From: Octopus vulgaris
Lineage: Eukaryota
NCBI GenBank assembly: GCA_951406725.2
Contig: OX597815.1
Location: 126,666,001-126,730,000, forward strand
Length of the DNA: 64,000 nt
Direction of reading: 5' to 3'
Part shown: positions 11,560-25,729 of the stretch, piece after piece
How positions within the stretch are numbered: position 1 is the stretch's first letter
Layout: each line of letters begins with the position of its first letter
Notes under the pieces: generated by a model
Database searches by the model: none
What the model was told of the DNA's origin: nothing
What the model saw: the letters and a program-made list of their open reading frames with translations, nothing else
Made by a program: the position numbers and the translations under genes

Positions 11560-13005
11560 TCTGGACAGAAGTAGGGGTTCACCAAGGATCGGTCCTTAGT
11601 CCCCTCTTATTTATCATAGTCCTCCAGGCAATAACAGAGGAATTCAAGACAGGCCACCCATGGGAGCTCCTCTATGCTGATAACCTTGCTTTAATAGCTG
11701 AGTCATTACCAGAACTAGAGGAGAATTTCAGGTGTGGAAGCAAGGTCTAGAATCGAAGGGCCTTAGAGTTAATCTAGCAAAAACCAAAGTCTTAGTAAAT
11801 AGGAAAGCAGACAAATCATAAATTCCTTCAGGTAGATGACCTTGCTTGATCTGTAGAAAAGGTATAGGTGGAAACTCCATAAGACATACTCCATGTAAGC
11901 TATGGACACATAAGAGGTGCAATAATATCAAAGTTTTTGTGTGTGGCAGATGCACAGGAGCAATAAACACTGAATATGTACAGAAAACAGATTCCATCAC
12001 ATGCCAGGGGATAAACTAAAAGTAGCTGATAACATTCATTACCTAGGTGACCAAGTCAGTAGTGGGAGTGGATGCTCTGAGATCGTAGTTGCTAGAATAA
12101 GAATAGCCTGGACAAAGTTCAGAAAGCTTCTACCTTTGCTGGTAATAAGGGGCCTCTTGCTCAGAATGAAAGGTAAACTGTATGATGCAGGTGTGCAAAC
12201 AGCCATGCTACATGGCAGTGAAACATGGGCTGTGACTGCTGAGGACATGTGTAGGCTTGAAAGAAATGAAGCTAGTATGATCCGCTGGATGTGTAATGTC
12301 AGTGTGCATACACAACAGAGTGTAAGCACCCTGAGAGAAAAGCTGAACATAAGAAGCATCAGATGTAGTATGCAAGAGAGAAAACTGTGCTGGTATGGTC
12401 ATGTGTTGCATATGGATGAGGACAGCTGTGTGAAGAAGTGTTAGACCCTAACAGTGGAGGGAACCTGTGGAAGAGGTAGACCCAGGAAGACCTGGGATGA
12501 GGTGGTGAAGCACAACCTTTGAACATTGCCTCACAGAGGCAATAGCAAGCGACTGAAACCTTTGGAGATATACTGTGCTTGAGAAAACCCGGCAAGCCAA
12601 GTGAAATCAAAGCTGTGGCCAATGCCAGTGTCACATAACCAGCCCATTCAAAAGTACTCTTCAATCATTAGGTAATATGCTGTGCTTGAGAAAACCTGTT
12701 GAGTCAAGTGAAATCGTTGTGGCTGATGCCAGTGCTGCCTGACTGGCACCCGTGCTGGAGGCACATAAAAAGCATCATTCGAGCATGGTTGATGCCAGTG
12801 CTACCTGACTGGCCCCCTACTACCCCGGCATGTAAAAAGCACCCACTACACTCTTGAAGTGGAAGGGCATCCAGCAGTAGAAACCTTGCCAGATCAGATT
12901 GGAGCCTGGTGCAGCCTCCTGGCTTGGCAGTCCTCAGTCAAACTGTCCAACCCATACCAGCATGGAAAGTGGACATTAAACGACAATGATGATGATGATG
13001 ATGAT
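11560..13005 (+). mobile_element. RTE-clade LINE, 5'-truncated and disrupted
   Basis: GVHQGSVLSPLLF...LLYADNL, MLHGSETW, ERKLCWYGHV, GRPRKTW; ends in (GAT)n. Confidence 0.9.
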
Positions 13006-14126
13006 GGGCTTCTTTCAGTTTCCATCTACCAAATCCACTCACAAGGCTTTGTTCGGCCTGAGGTTATAGTAGAAGACACTTGCCCAAGGAGCCATGCAGT
13101 GGGACTGAACCCGAAACCATGTGGCTGGGAAGCAAGCTTCTTACTACATAACGAATATATAAATCTGTTGAATATCTTCTTTTTCAGTTGTCTGTAGACC
13201 TTGATCTTATTTATTTATGGATTATGCAAGAAAATCATTCATACTATTTTGATAAAAGAAGAAATATATCTGTGTTGAATTTTGTAATTTGTAAGCAACT
13301 TTATTTAAAGTGTAAGATGGAAACTAGAAATAAACAAAGTGTTATCTGAAGTGAAGTATTATTTTCTTGAAAGAAAAGAAATAATGTTGTAAAATTAGCA
13401 AGATAAGAGAAACTAAAACACACAACACACACACACTCTCTCTCACTCTCTTTCTTTCCCTCACACACATACACACACACTCTCTCTCACCCATGCACAC
13501 ACACACACACACACGCACACACACACTCGCTCTCTCTCTCTCCTACACACACACACGCACACTCACACACATGCACACTCACACACATGCACACTCACAC
13601 ACACGCACACTCACACACATGCACATTCACACACACACATGCAAGCTCGCATACACACATGCACACATATAGCACAACAGCATTTAGCAAAGAAACAATC
13701 ATTTTGTGAGCAAAATATGCCTACTTTTGTTGTAGCAGTTTAACAAAAGTCTAGACTTTACATTGCAAAATTTTCAGCATCAAGTATGCAGCAACGGTTA
13801 TAGCAATTATTGTAGGATGTCACTTGAAGGAAATACAAACAATACAATTCTCAGGATATTAAAATATTCAAGTAGACAAATTATTTGATTTTTGTTTATT
13901 TCAGTTATCTCATGTTTTCTTAGTTATGACATTATCAACAATCAGGTGTTTCTTGTGAGATTTTTCAGTAAATTGCTGCAAGCTCCTTCCAACACCTAAA
14001 ACTGTGATCCGAAGATCATGTGAGTAATGGAATAAATAATTCAGCCAGCATGAGATGTGTTGAAATAAATTTGCATATAAAAATATAAAATGAAATTCAG
14101 TCATAAATCGTTGGGTCATTTGGGAA

Positions 14127-14341
14127 CAGCCGCCACCACCGCCGCCGTCGCCACCACCGCCGCCGTCGCCACCACCGCCGCCGTCGCCACCACCGCCGCC
14201 GTCGCCACCACCGCCGCCGTCGCCGCCACCGCCGCCGTCGCCGCCGCCGTCCCGCCGCCGTCGCCGTCGCCACCACCGCCGCCGTCGCCACCGCCGCCGC
14301 CGCCGCCGCCGTCGTCATCATCATCATCATCATCATCATCA
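14127..14341. repeat. GC-rich triplet/18-mer repeat (GCCACCACCGCCGCCGTC)n grading into (TCA)n
   Basis: Read directly; continuous with the tail of the RTE fragment at 14315-14465. Confidence 0.9.
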
Positions 14342-14686
14342 TTTACTCTCCATTTTCCATGCTGGTATGGGTTGGATGGTACAACAGTAACCAGCAAATC
14401 AGAGAATAATGCTGAGCTCCAACGTCTGCTCTGGCATGGTTTCTATGGCTGGATGCACTTCCTAATATGATATTTAAATACACTAAAGTGGTCTTCTGTA
14501 ACCATCCCCAGATTTATGGTGAGGGTTAGGGGATTAGAACCTAGTGGTTCATGTTAATGAAACACTAGTTGTTACAGTAAAACAGCTGCTTACAGAAGTG
14601 ATTGTTACAAGGTTTCGACTTTTTTCCTTTTTTAAACATCATGAACTATATTATCCATGGTAGGTCCATCACAACACTAAGTTTAA

Positions 14687-14911
14687 CACTTTGCCTGGTC
14701 TGTGCATTATATGTGATACACACAACATATTTCTCTGCCATCCATGCATCATATATGATACATGTTTTCAACCACCAGAATAACTTGGGAATTATGACTG
14801 GAGAGTCTTTTATAATTCTCAGAATGTATGAAACAAAGGTTAACTAAAACTCTGAAAATAAGCATTGGTGTTTAGGACAAACTTAAGAACATGCTTTGGA
14901 CAGGCAAAGGG
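14687..14911. mobile_element. piggyBac-type MITE
   Basis: TTAA|cactttgcctg...caggcaaaggg|TTAA, 225 bp. Confidence 0.7.
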
Positions 14912-14989
14912 TTAACATCAGCTCTTGGCTCATGGGTGCCTTTAGCTGAGTTTGCTTTGTTGCAATGTTCCAAATAAGGAGATACTGCA

Positions 14990-16410
14990 CTATCATCCTC
15001 TACACTTTTTTTCTAACACCCTTTTCAGTTCTATAACCATCAAAAACTAACACTAAACACACTGAACAATTTTTCCTTCTTTCCAAAATCTGTATGTTCT
15101 GATCCATCCTAGAACCTACAAATCTCTTACAAACACCCAAATACCATATCCACATAGATCTTTTAACCTTTGTTCATAGTCCATCCCTGCTGTCCAGGTT
15201 AAATTCCAAATTTAAGTCCAAAAGGTGGTATTTGAACCCATGTAAATTCTACTCTCTCACTGCTTCTCTCATCTGAATATCAGCAACAAGGACTTCCAAT
15301 TACTTTGGTTAGAAATCACCCCTTCTCTTTCCATCAAACACATCTGCTTCCTCTGCTATTCTCAGAATTTTTCCAACCACCAACACCTTTTCAACAATAT
15401 CTCTTCTTACATTGATGACTGAATGTTCTGTTCTCAAGAAGCATCACCCCTCTCAATTTGCCATCATACTATTGCACTCAATTCCAACATCTCAAATGTG
15501 ACACCTGTTAATTGCTTCCTTCATGACCTTGAATTTCTTTCCTTCATTTGTAAAGTTATATCCACTGGAGACATATTTTCCTAAGACACTCACCATTGGC
15601 TTCACTGGTGAAAGCAGTTTTGTTATTCTTGGAATCAATAAGGTTTTAGCGATGTCTGTTAGACAAATCTCCTGACAGAACTATCTCCATCCATCTCTTG
15701 CTTCTTGAATTGGTGACTTCCAGTCAAATTGCAGTGTGTGCAAATAAGCTCTACTTGACCCACACTCAATAAAATCTGAAGTGCTTCTTGATTTGATTTG
15801 ATTTCTTTTCTTTTCCTCCTTCACACCAACAATTTACTCATCTCACCTCTAACTACACCCAAATTTTGCAACTGATCTCACCCTTCATTTCTTCTTTGCT
15901 GTCTACACTCCTGCGCTGTCAAGTAACTCTGCTCTGACTCCATAAAGAGAGACCACAAAAACATCTTTAAAATGTGTGTAGGGTGTGTGTGTGTGTTTTA
16001 GCATGTTGGTTTTGGTTCAACAGCATAAAGTTACATTGCATCCCACTCATCCTAAACACAAACAGTATACAACTAGAACCCTGGTGATCCCTACAAATGC
16101 TACACCACATTATGACAGGACCTCTTCTGGTGAATGAACATTCTCAAAGTAGCCTAAACCATATCACAAAGATTCATCTGCTTCTTTAGAGCCAAAGCTT
16201 AAACAATTCAATTATCAACACTTTACCAAGTTCAGTTAGAATACTTCCACATATCTGGTACAGTGCTGCAACAATATGTACAGACAGCTTGGATCGTATT
16301 CCTCCACCCACTAAAAAAGGCCTCTTGACTCATTAGCATGAAGCTGTTTGTTGTTTCACTCCAACCTTTGAACCATAGGTATAGTGTCTCCTTTCTCTGC
16401 CTTTTATGCT
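14990..16410 (+). mobile_element. Ancient degenerate LINE RT remnant
   Basis: Only weak motif echoes: GESSFVILGINKV near 15605 (cf. GES..VALDISKAF) and a degraded L.HR..VS.L..FY.YY near 16365. Confidence 0.3.
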
Positions 16411-16854
16411 ACTACAAAAAGAATAAGGGGTAGTGATTGTGAATAGATTCAGTGCCAACTCTCATGCACTTATGTCATAACAGGAGAAAAGTAGAGTTAA
16501 GAGTGGTGGTAGGGCGGATTGAATATGGGTAGATTCGATCCCCATCCTCATGACACAGGTAATATGGTATAGTGTTTATGAGAGGCTGAGTGATAGATGA
16601 GATGGTAAAGAAGATGTAAGGCAGTAGATGTGAAGTTAACAGAAACACAATTGTGAGACCCTGATGCAGATATATTATATCTGATGCATGATTTCTTTTT
16701 GCCAGTACATAACCACAAAACTGTTTAGATGCAAAAGTGAAATTAATTCTGTAGAAATATCTGAAACATGAAAGTAATTCTGTAGCAATCTCCCTTGCTT
16801 TAAGTTTTATACAAAATGCACAAGTTTATTTTAAACATGTAAATCCATACTTAC

Positions 16855-16995
16855 CACACCCCACCAAAGTGCATCTGCATAACTGCTAAAAGCTGACTCT
16901 CCCTCTTTGTTGCTGTTATCTTTCTCAGCAAGATAAACAAAATAGGATGAAAATATTAGCCCCAAGAAACCAATGTACAGTGTAGTTATTAGTTC
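16855..16995 (-). CDS. KCNQ1: KCNQ1-like exon: S5, turret and pore helix (equivalent to human exon 6)
   Basis: tttgcag|GAA CTA...GGT GTG|gtaagt translates [47 protein letters not shown]. 141 nt, phase 0 to 0. Confidence 0.97.
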
Positions 16996-18418
16996 CTGCA
17001 AATGGAATAAAATGAAATATATTAGGAAAAATATCAGTGTTTGACAGACAGTGCTTAGCACAAGTTTTATAGTGGGAAGTAGATGTGAGATACTCACTCA
17101 CCAGGAAAGTAAGTAGAACTAACAGAGGTTGTGTTCCAAAACTATCTGATGCCTATTTTTGACAACTTGTAGGATAAAGTATCTTTATTCTACAGCCCAT
17201 TTGCAGCACATCTGAACTTACAACTTAGAAGTCAGTCATTCAACACCTCATTTAATTGGCTATTGAACCTCTGCAGTAAATATATAATAACCAAGTCAGT
17301 GAATGTATTTTCATGTGGTCACTTGACTCACCAGAAATAGTGCCAAATCCCCATCAAATCACATTCTATTTTGTCTCAAAAGAGAAGGAAGGCAACATTA
17401 AATTATGTAATCTTGGATACAAGATATATCAGAATAAAAGACAGGCTGGCTATGGCTGGAATACATTTGATCAGTTTGACCAAGGATTACCAAAGATAGA
17501 ACAGCGGCATCACTATATGATAAAATACAGGAAGGGTGCTCTGTTACTAAGTGCTTAGACAAGTGTTTGAATAAATTTACTTGGTGACATGTAAAAGGCA
17601 TCCATGCTGGTGACACATAAAAGGCACCCACTACACCCTGGAGTGGTTGGCATTATAAAGGGTAGCCAGTAGTAGAAACCAAACCAAATCAGACTTGAGC
17701 TTGGTACAGCTCTCTGGCTTATCAGTGCTGTCTAACCCATGCCAGCATGGAAAACAGATGCTAAATGATGATGATTGTGTCATACTTCTAAACAAGATAC
17801 ATAATTCTGTCTTAGTATATTTGTCCAACAATAGGTTGCACTTTGGCTTCATGATCAAGTGGTAACCAAGAGAATAGAGAGCCAACTCTATATGCAATCA
17901 CCCAATCTAACAAAAATAATCCCATCCAAGTTAACTTCGAAAAGAGGGTGCATAGGGAAGAAAAGTAAAACCTAGCTAGAAAGAATTACAATTGCTGAAT
18001 GTTGGTTTTAAATTTTGGCTCAAGGCCAGCAATTTTAGAGAAGGGGGCTAGTCAATCACATCAACTCCAGTGCTCAACTGGTATTTATTTTATCAACCCA
18101 GAAAGAATGAAAGGTTATGATGACCTTGGTGGAATTTGAACTCAGAATGAAAAAAACAGATGAAATGCTGCTAACCATTTTGCCTGTTGTGTTTATGATT
18201 CTGCTAGCTCACCACCTTAAAATTGTTGGCAAGTAAGAGATACAGTAGGCACAGATGTGGATGTTAGGTTGAGAAGTTCGTTTCCCACACACATGGTTTC
18301 AGTTTCAGTCCCACTGCAAGGCACCTAAAGTAAGTGCCTTCTATTATAGCCCCAAGTTGACCAAAGCCTTGTGAGTTGATTTGGTCGATAGAATCTAGAA
18401 GCTGCTTGTGCATGCAAG

Positions 18419-18470
<52 letters not shown>

Positions 18471-18710
18471 GAATGTGTGTGTGTATGTGTGTGTGTGGGT
18501 GTGTGTGTGCATGAGTGGTGTGTAATTGTAACTTTGTATTGTGATCTTGCACAGTAGTTGTATACAATCATCCCCATCACATAAGTGTCTTTCAATTCCA
18601 ATTTTCTGTGGAAACATGTCTGACTTTGGGAAAATATTGCCTTGCTTAGAAACAGGTGATAGTTAGTGACAGGAAGGGCATCTGACCATAGAAAATATGA
18701 TATGCCTTAA

Positions 18711-18922
18711 CTCTTTCGCTACCATATTTCTTTTGTGTTTCTTTCAATTAATTTTATAAATAACAAAGAATTTAGTAAAATAACTTAGTTATCATTAAGC
18801 TAGTGTTAGGAACATAAATTGTGACTAAGGTATGGTGGAAGATTTTAATTCAAAACTTATGTAAACAAGACATTTGCACTACAGAGCCAGAGCCAGTTTC
18901 AGCTGGGTTGGTATCGAAAGGG
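18711..18922. mobile_element. piggyBac-type MITE (same family as 58256-58476, opposite orientation)
   Basis: TTAA|ctctttcgctacca...tggtatcgaaaggg|TTAA, 212 bp. Confidence 0.8.
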
Positions 18923-19377
18923 TTAATGAATGCCATCTGACTCATTCAAGCACAAAAAATGTGTATGTTAAAACAATAACGATGATATTTCAAAATCATT
19001 GAATGTCAAAACCTCAGTCTTTTCTTTGTTTCAGTCATTGAACCATGGCCAAGTTGGAGCATCACATCATGAAGGGATTAGTCAAACAAATCACCCCCAG
19101 TACTTTAATTTTTTAAGTCTGGTACTTACTCTATTAATCTCTTTTGCTTAACCTCCAAGTTATGGGGACTAATACAAAACAACCAGTTGTCAAGTGGTGG
19201 TGGTGCAGGGAACAAACACATTAATAAAAAGACACATTTATATATGCACACATTTATATATGCACACATACATACATACATACATACATTACATATGTAC
19301 ATACATACATACGTACATACATACGTACATACATACATACATACATACATACATACATACATACATACATACATACA

Positions 19378-19920
19378 TGTGGAAGACATCATGCATGTGA
19401 TTAGCAGCTGTCCTAAAATGTCGTAATAGTACTACCTCCCTACGCAGCACAATGTTGTTGCTAAAACAATTTACAATGCCATCTGCAAAAAAGACTCCTG
19501 AAATAAACTTAGAAAATCCCTCTGTTATGGAATACATTCATAAACACCAATTCAAGGAAGACTGGTAAAATATTCCCATCAAAACTTCTGTCAAATGTAA
19601 GCATAACAGGCTGGATATTGTTGTTTGGAACAGAAGGTATGTACCATCATAGAGTTTAGCTGCCCTGCAGATATAAATATCTTTTTGAAAATCAAAGTAA
19701 AAGAGTATATCTATGGACAACTGCTTCAAAACTTCCAGCTTCTATATCCAGACTATGAATTGATATTCATACCAATAACAATTGGAGCACTAGGTTTTGT
19801 TAGTAAATGCTTAAAGGAGAATCTGGATAAACTGGGATTTTCAGAAAGAGAAATTGACTGGCTGATTCACACATTACAAGTTCAATCTGTGAGTGGATCA
19901 GTACCACATTCCTACAGATC
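19378..19920 (+). mobile_element. R4-like RLE LINE 3' fragment starting directly at (CATA)n
   Basis: VEDIMHVISSCPKM...QHNVVAK...KHNRLDIVV...IEFSCPAD...PITIGALG. Confidence 0.8.
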
Positions 19921-22666
19921 TTTACTGTATATATGTATGTATGCATATATTTATAGGACAGGTATATTCTTCAACAATATATAGATTTGTATATAAAACT
20001 TTCTACATTAAAGGGTTAAAGCTTGCGAAGGTCAATTATCAGAAAACAGTTGTGATCATTTGTTTCACTAACAACATAATAGTTTTCTGTTAATTCAAAA
20101 CTGAATGATCCCTTATAAATGAATAGGATCTCTCTGTGCAGTTGTTCAATCTGACATTTATTAAATAATCCTTTAACAGCACAGATGGTGGTTTATCTAT
20201 TGAGAGTAGGCTTATCTGTCAAACAAATATCACAATGATAACAGCACAAATTATTTGAATTAATGATGATGACAACAGTGAAGATGCTGTTAACCATTGC
20301 CAATATTTGTTTCAATGACAAGAATAAAGATGATTATTTCTTCTAAAGTACAAGATCACTTATTGTAAGGGAAGAATATAAGAGTACATTTGGTTGAATT
20401 GATTTCTTAATATCAATATTAATACTCTTGCTTCTCTGTCTTTCTCTCACTGCTGCAATGAAATATTGTGTTATGAAGCTAGGCTGTTCATTCTGTCAGT
20501 GATAATGATACAGCATATTTTGCTCTTTGTCAAATCACTTACTTTCTGAAGTGCATGTTAGTGACATTGAATTTATCATAAGTGGAGTAAATGTATATCC
20601 ATAGCCTGGGAGGAATATTTGAATGTCTTAATATTTTTTCTTTCATAACTTCTGCATTGCAAATATTCAAAGTCAATTATATTCATGTAAGTTTTCCAGC
20701 AATACAGAGCTACCATAATACTTTTACATAGTCTGTGCCTAGCTTTAATAGCTGCTTCTCAAAATTAACGAAGGTTTTTGAGATTATCAGCAGTGTGTTT
20801 AATATTATAGTATTTTCAAAGACCCTCAAATATGATATCTCTCTATGAAAAGTATCTCTTATCCTACTCTAATTTTATATAGTTTAAACATTTTAACCCA
20901 TCTCTTTTCAATTTCTCTCTAGAAACCTCCCATCTTTTCACTTCCTTTCACTATTCTTACTTTCTGTTCCCTTTATACATATATTCTTATGAATGATCAT
21001 CACTTCTTATATCTTGTTTCAATCATTAGACTGTGAACATGTTCAGGCAGCACCTTGGAGAATTTTTAGTCAAATGTATTGACCTCAGTATTAATTTTTT
21101 TTTAAGCCTGGTACTTATTCTACCAGTCTCTTTTACCAAACTGCTAAGTTATAGAGATGTAAATACAGCACCAGTTGTCAAGTGGTGGTGGTGGACGAAG
21201 ACAGACACAAAGACACACACATAGATATGTATGTATACATATATATACAACAGGCCCCTTTCAGTTTCCATCTACCAAATCCACTCATGGGGTTTTGGTC
21301 AGTCCAGGGCCATAGCAGAAGACACTTGCCCAAGCTGTCATGTAGTGAGACTGAACCCTGAACTATGTGGTTAGGAAGCAAGCTTTTTACTACACAGCCA
21401 CAAAGATCTTGACCCAATGCCTTCGTAGACAGTCATAGATCAGTGAAATTGATAATTATTAGTATTTGGCTTGAATTGTTGCAAGACAATAATTGTTGAG
21501 AAAACATGTGCAGGGAGCGAATCCCAGATCATTGATGTCTTGGTGTAGTCATTAACACAAGGTTTAAGGGTGGGGTAGATTAACACAATATAGGTGATGG
21601 GAAGAAGAGAGCTGAGTTAGGTGTGGAAGTGGTATGAAATCAGTCAGATTTAAGGAACAGAGGCTACTGAGGTAACAATAGAAAAGATAAAGTGAAGAAA
21701 CTACACATCTCTAGTACAGAAGTTGGAGTTTTTTTATCCTTCACCAGTAAGTGCAAGATTTTGAGAGGCTCACTTGCAACTTCCAAGTAGGATACTCACT
21801 GTGATCTACAAATTAATTAGCAGCAACCTTATTTCCTCTTCACTGCTTTACTAAACATTTCTTTTACAACCATGTCAATGTCTATACAATAGAACAAAAA
21901 TAATCAGTTGGACAATTCCCTGTCCTCTATACTAATATCAAAGAATTTTGGTTCAAATCTGCATCCTACTAATCATATCCTTTAAAGATAACACATGTTA
22001 TTTTGGACTACACTTTCTCTTGGTTCCATAGAAGTTGCATTCAAGGGTCACCCTCAGCAACACAATCTAGCAATGTTAACTGACTTCACAACAATCACAT
22101 AAAAACTTGGCTTCAGATAGACTAAAGTTCACATCTTCAAAATTAGACTCATTTTCCTTTTCATCAATAATTACAAATAAGGTTCAATACAAGCAAGCAA
22201 AAAACCCACCAAAATCTGGTATTCTATCAGTTACAGTGATAACAGTTCCAGATGATATGATCAATGGAACAGCCTACTTGTGATATTAACATGCAAGTGG
22301 CTGAGTACTCCACAGACATGTGTACCCTTAACGTAGTTCTCAGGGAGATTCAGCATGACACAGAATGTGACAAAGCTGGCCCTTTGAATTACAGGTACAG
22401 CTCATTTTTGCCAGCTGAGTGAACTGGAGCAACATGAAATAAAGTGTCTTCCTCAAGGATGCAATGCATCACCAGAAATCAAAAGCACGACCTTACAATT
22501 GGGAGTTGAGTACCCTAATCACAAAACCATGTGCCCTGACAAGCAAGCAATCACTATACTCAACAACATAAACATTTACAGCAACTCAGTCAACTTTCTA
22601 TTCACTCTGTTAGCTGAATGCTTTCATTCATAACATCACACAATATTAGATAACATATCACCTTAC

Positions 22667-22763
22667 CTGTCTGTGGATGTAAACAACAGAGCCAAGTAAT
22701 CTCCAGGTACCTCCCTGTCGGTCCACATGTAGCATTCGTAGAATCTGAAGAAATCGAATTCCT
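22667..22763 (-). CDS. KCNQ1: KCNQ1-like (Kv7) potassium channel exon: S4 voltage sensor and S4-S5 linker (equivalent to human exon 5)
   Basis: Minus strand ttgcag|A GGA ATT CGA...CAC AGA CAG|gtaagg translates (R)[32 protein letters not shown]. 97 nt, phase 2 to 0, canonical AG/GT. Confidence 0.96.
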
Positions 22764-24009
22764 CTGCAATTCAAAGATGAAAAAATTAATCAACTTATAT
22801 CGATATAGTTAATATAAATCATGTTATGTTAAAATAGTCAAAAGAAGAAAGTATACTCAGCTCAGGAAAATACTAGTATATAAACAGGTGTTTATTTTGC
22901 TTTTATTCAGTAAGAAATTGAAGATAGATTAAAAATTGCTGTTTCCATTTCCAAAAACATAAGCATCTTCTGTGTAATGTACCTGTAAATCTATAGTTAT
23001 GTATATTATGATTACAACTTACTTTTGAGTAATGCCATTGTTTGATTGTTCTCTTAAATATGAGCAGCATGGATGTGGCTTTTCAGTCCTGTAAGGGACT
23101 TGTGCTCTTTTGCACAGATGCAATAACAATAGACATCTCTGACAGAAGGTGTTCAGAGAACTTACCACCCATGCTGACTCGGGCTTTCATTTCATCATGA
23201 AAATTTTCATTGAATGCTTTGCCTTTCTTGACCACAGCCAAACATAATATGCAACACATACATACAAACATACACACACACACACAAAATTCATAAAATA
23301 CATATACACACACAAATGCATAAAATACATACACACACAAATGCATAAAATACATACACATATTGTATGTGTATTGCTAATAGTAAAATCCACCTGTGAG
23401 ATACATAGCAGCTTTTACCCAAGCTATATATATAAACAGTAAACTTTCTCTTATCTGGAAGTTTACTAAATAACTAAATTTTCCAGATATCTGAGCATCA
23501 CTCTTTAAATTATCAGAGCACCTTACACTTATTCAGATCTTAGACCAAATGATTCAAGATTCTTATGAGTAGAGGCTCATTTTATAGATATATTCTTTTC
23601 TCATTCTTCAAAATGAGAGTCAAGTGTCTGGTTAATAATCCTTTCTACTATAGGTACAAGGCCTGAAATTTTGGGGAGGGGGTAGTCAATTGCATCAATC
23701 CCAATACTCAACTGGTACTTAATTTATCAACCTCAAAAGGATGACAGGTAAAGTCAACCTCGGTGGAATTTGAACTCAGAACAGAGCAAATGTAGTGAAG
23801 TGTCTGGTTAATAATGGCACCAATGTACTATTAGTACCATTTTTGATGAGACAGGCTTTCTCCCTGCATCTTTGAATTCATGATTTAAAGTTATTAATTT
23901 TCCTTAGTTTAGAGTGTATTGTATCCTTATAGATTTTGGCTTGATGTAGTTGCTGTGAGGGAACCAGTATGTTGATTAATTGATTGTTAATTGATTGATT
24001 GATTCATAA

Positions 24010-24410
24010 GTTGGTAGATAGATAGGTAGGCAGGTAGGTAGGTAGGTACACAGGTAGGAAGGTAGGTAGGTAGGTAGGTAGATAGGTAGGTAGGTAGGTA
24101 GGTAGGTAGGTAGGTAGGTAGGTAGGAAGGTGGGTAGGTAGGTAGGTATGCAGGTAGGTAGGTAGGTAGGAAGATAGGTAGGTAAATAAATAGACTTATA
24201 GAAAGATGGAAGGAAAAACAGATGAATGAGTAGGCTGTCAAATGGCTGGACAGGTGGGTAGATGGGCAGACAAAGAGATGGATAGATGGGTTGGGTGGGG
24301 TGGGGATCAGATGGATGGATAGGTTGAAAGATGGATAGATAGGTGGATAGGATGGATAGATGAAGGGAAAGATAGATGATAAAAAGTTAGATAAATGGAT
24401 GGATAGACAA
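24010..24410. repeat. (GGTA)n/(GATA)n/(GGAT)n purine-rich microsatellite
   Basis: Read directly. Confidence 0.9.
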
Positions 24411-25503
24411 ACAGACTAGACCCAAAGAAAAAGAGTTAAAACATGTTATTTGTAAATTTGGCACATTAAAGTGTAGTACATTTTTACATTTTGCAAATCA
24501 ACCAGATTATCTGTTCTAAAAGCAGTAATATATCCTTCATACTATCTAACTTTTAATTTTTTACTTTTTCTTGGAATAATAACACCTACTTTTCAAAGTT
24601 GCATAAAAAATTTTATTAAAAAAATCTAAATTCTGAAAATACCAGATGTTCTACTTTTATCCTTAAGGGCCAGTATCTCTTGTGAGATGAAAGAAATAAA
24701 GATTGTGTGCATAGACAGTGGATGATAGTTTTGTTATTTTGGGGGATTGTTATTTAAAATGAAATGTTGGAAAGGTATTTAAAATGTCAAGAAGTATTCA
24801 ATCAGATTTCTTCTCAGTGAAAATACACAGGAAATTTTTAAACTGTTTAATTCAAAAGTTCTACCAAAAGAACTTAAAATACAAGTTGTATGGATGGATT
24901 AACTCATGTCTTTTGCATTCCCTTGTATAAGATATGCTTTTGAAAGAAATTTAGTTTCATGCTAATGCGAATATTAAAACTCAAACTGCTATATTTTAGA
25001 AAGTAGGCTTAACATTCTGAAATCCACAAAGAACTGAAAAAGAAAACAATTCCAATTTCTCATTCTACCATAAAGAGACTAGTTGTACACTTGAAGTTAG
25101 GAAGTAAGGGTCCAGTAAGCCTAGGACTACTTCAAGCACAAATAATGGAAGACTGGTATTCTTGGTTATTTAGCAAAGAAAGAAAATCTTACAGCAACTG
25201 TCAAGAGTTTGACCTTATGAAACCAAGATTATTTCTAGAAGAACTATTTCAAGAAAGTTGAAAGATGCTGATTATTTGGCTTTTCTATACATTTTTGCCT
25301 GCATGCACGTATATGTGTGCATCTTTGTCTTGACAATTGGTGTTGGTGTGCCAAACTTAGCAGTTTGGCAAAAGTGACCAATAGAATGAGTACCAGACTT
25401 TAACAAAATTAATTACTGGGGTCAATTTGTTTAGCTAAAAAATTTTACAGGCAATGCCCCAGCATGGCCACAGTCTATTGACTGAAACAAGTAAAAGGGA
25501 AAG

Positions 25504-25538
<35 letters not shown>

Positions 25539-25729
25539 ACACACATGTTGTTCCATAGCAGATGGTCAGTAAAAGTGTGATAAACAATTTTCCTATAATA
25601 TTTGATGAGATAAAAAGTTTGAATTTTAAACTAAGGAATAAGGAAAAGATGCATAGAATCCACACATTTAATCTTTTTTGTTTTTTAGTTAATACGAACA
25701 TTTATATAGACATGCATGCATGTATATAT

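Noticed and set aside
14090-14470. Ala/Thr/Pro-rich ORF
   Set aside because: Produced by the GC-rich triplet repeat and an RTE tail; no splice or homology support.
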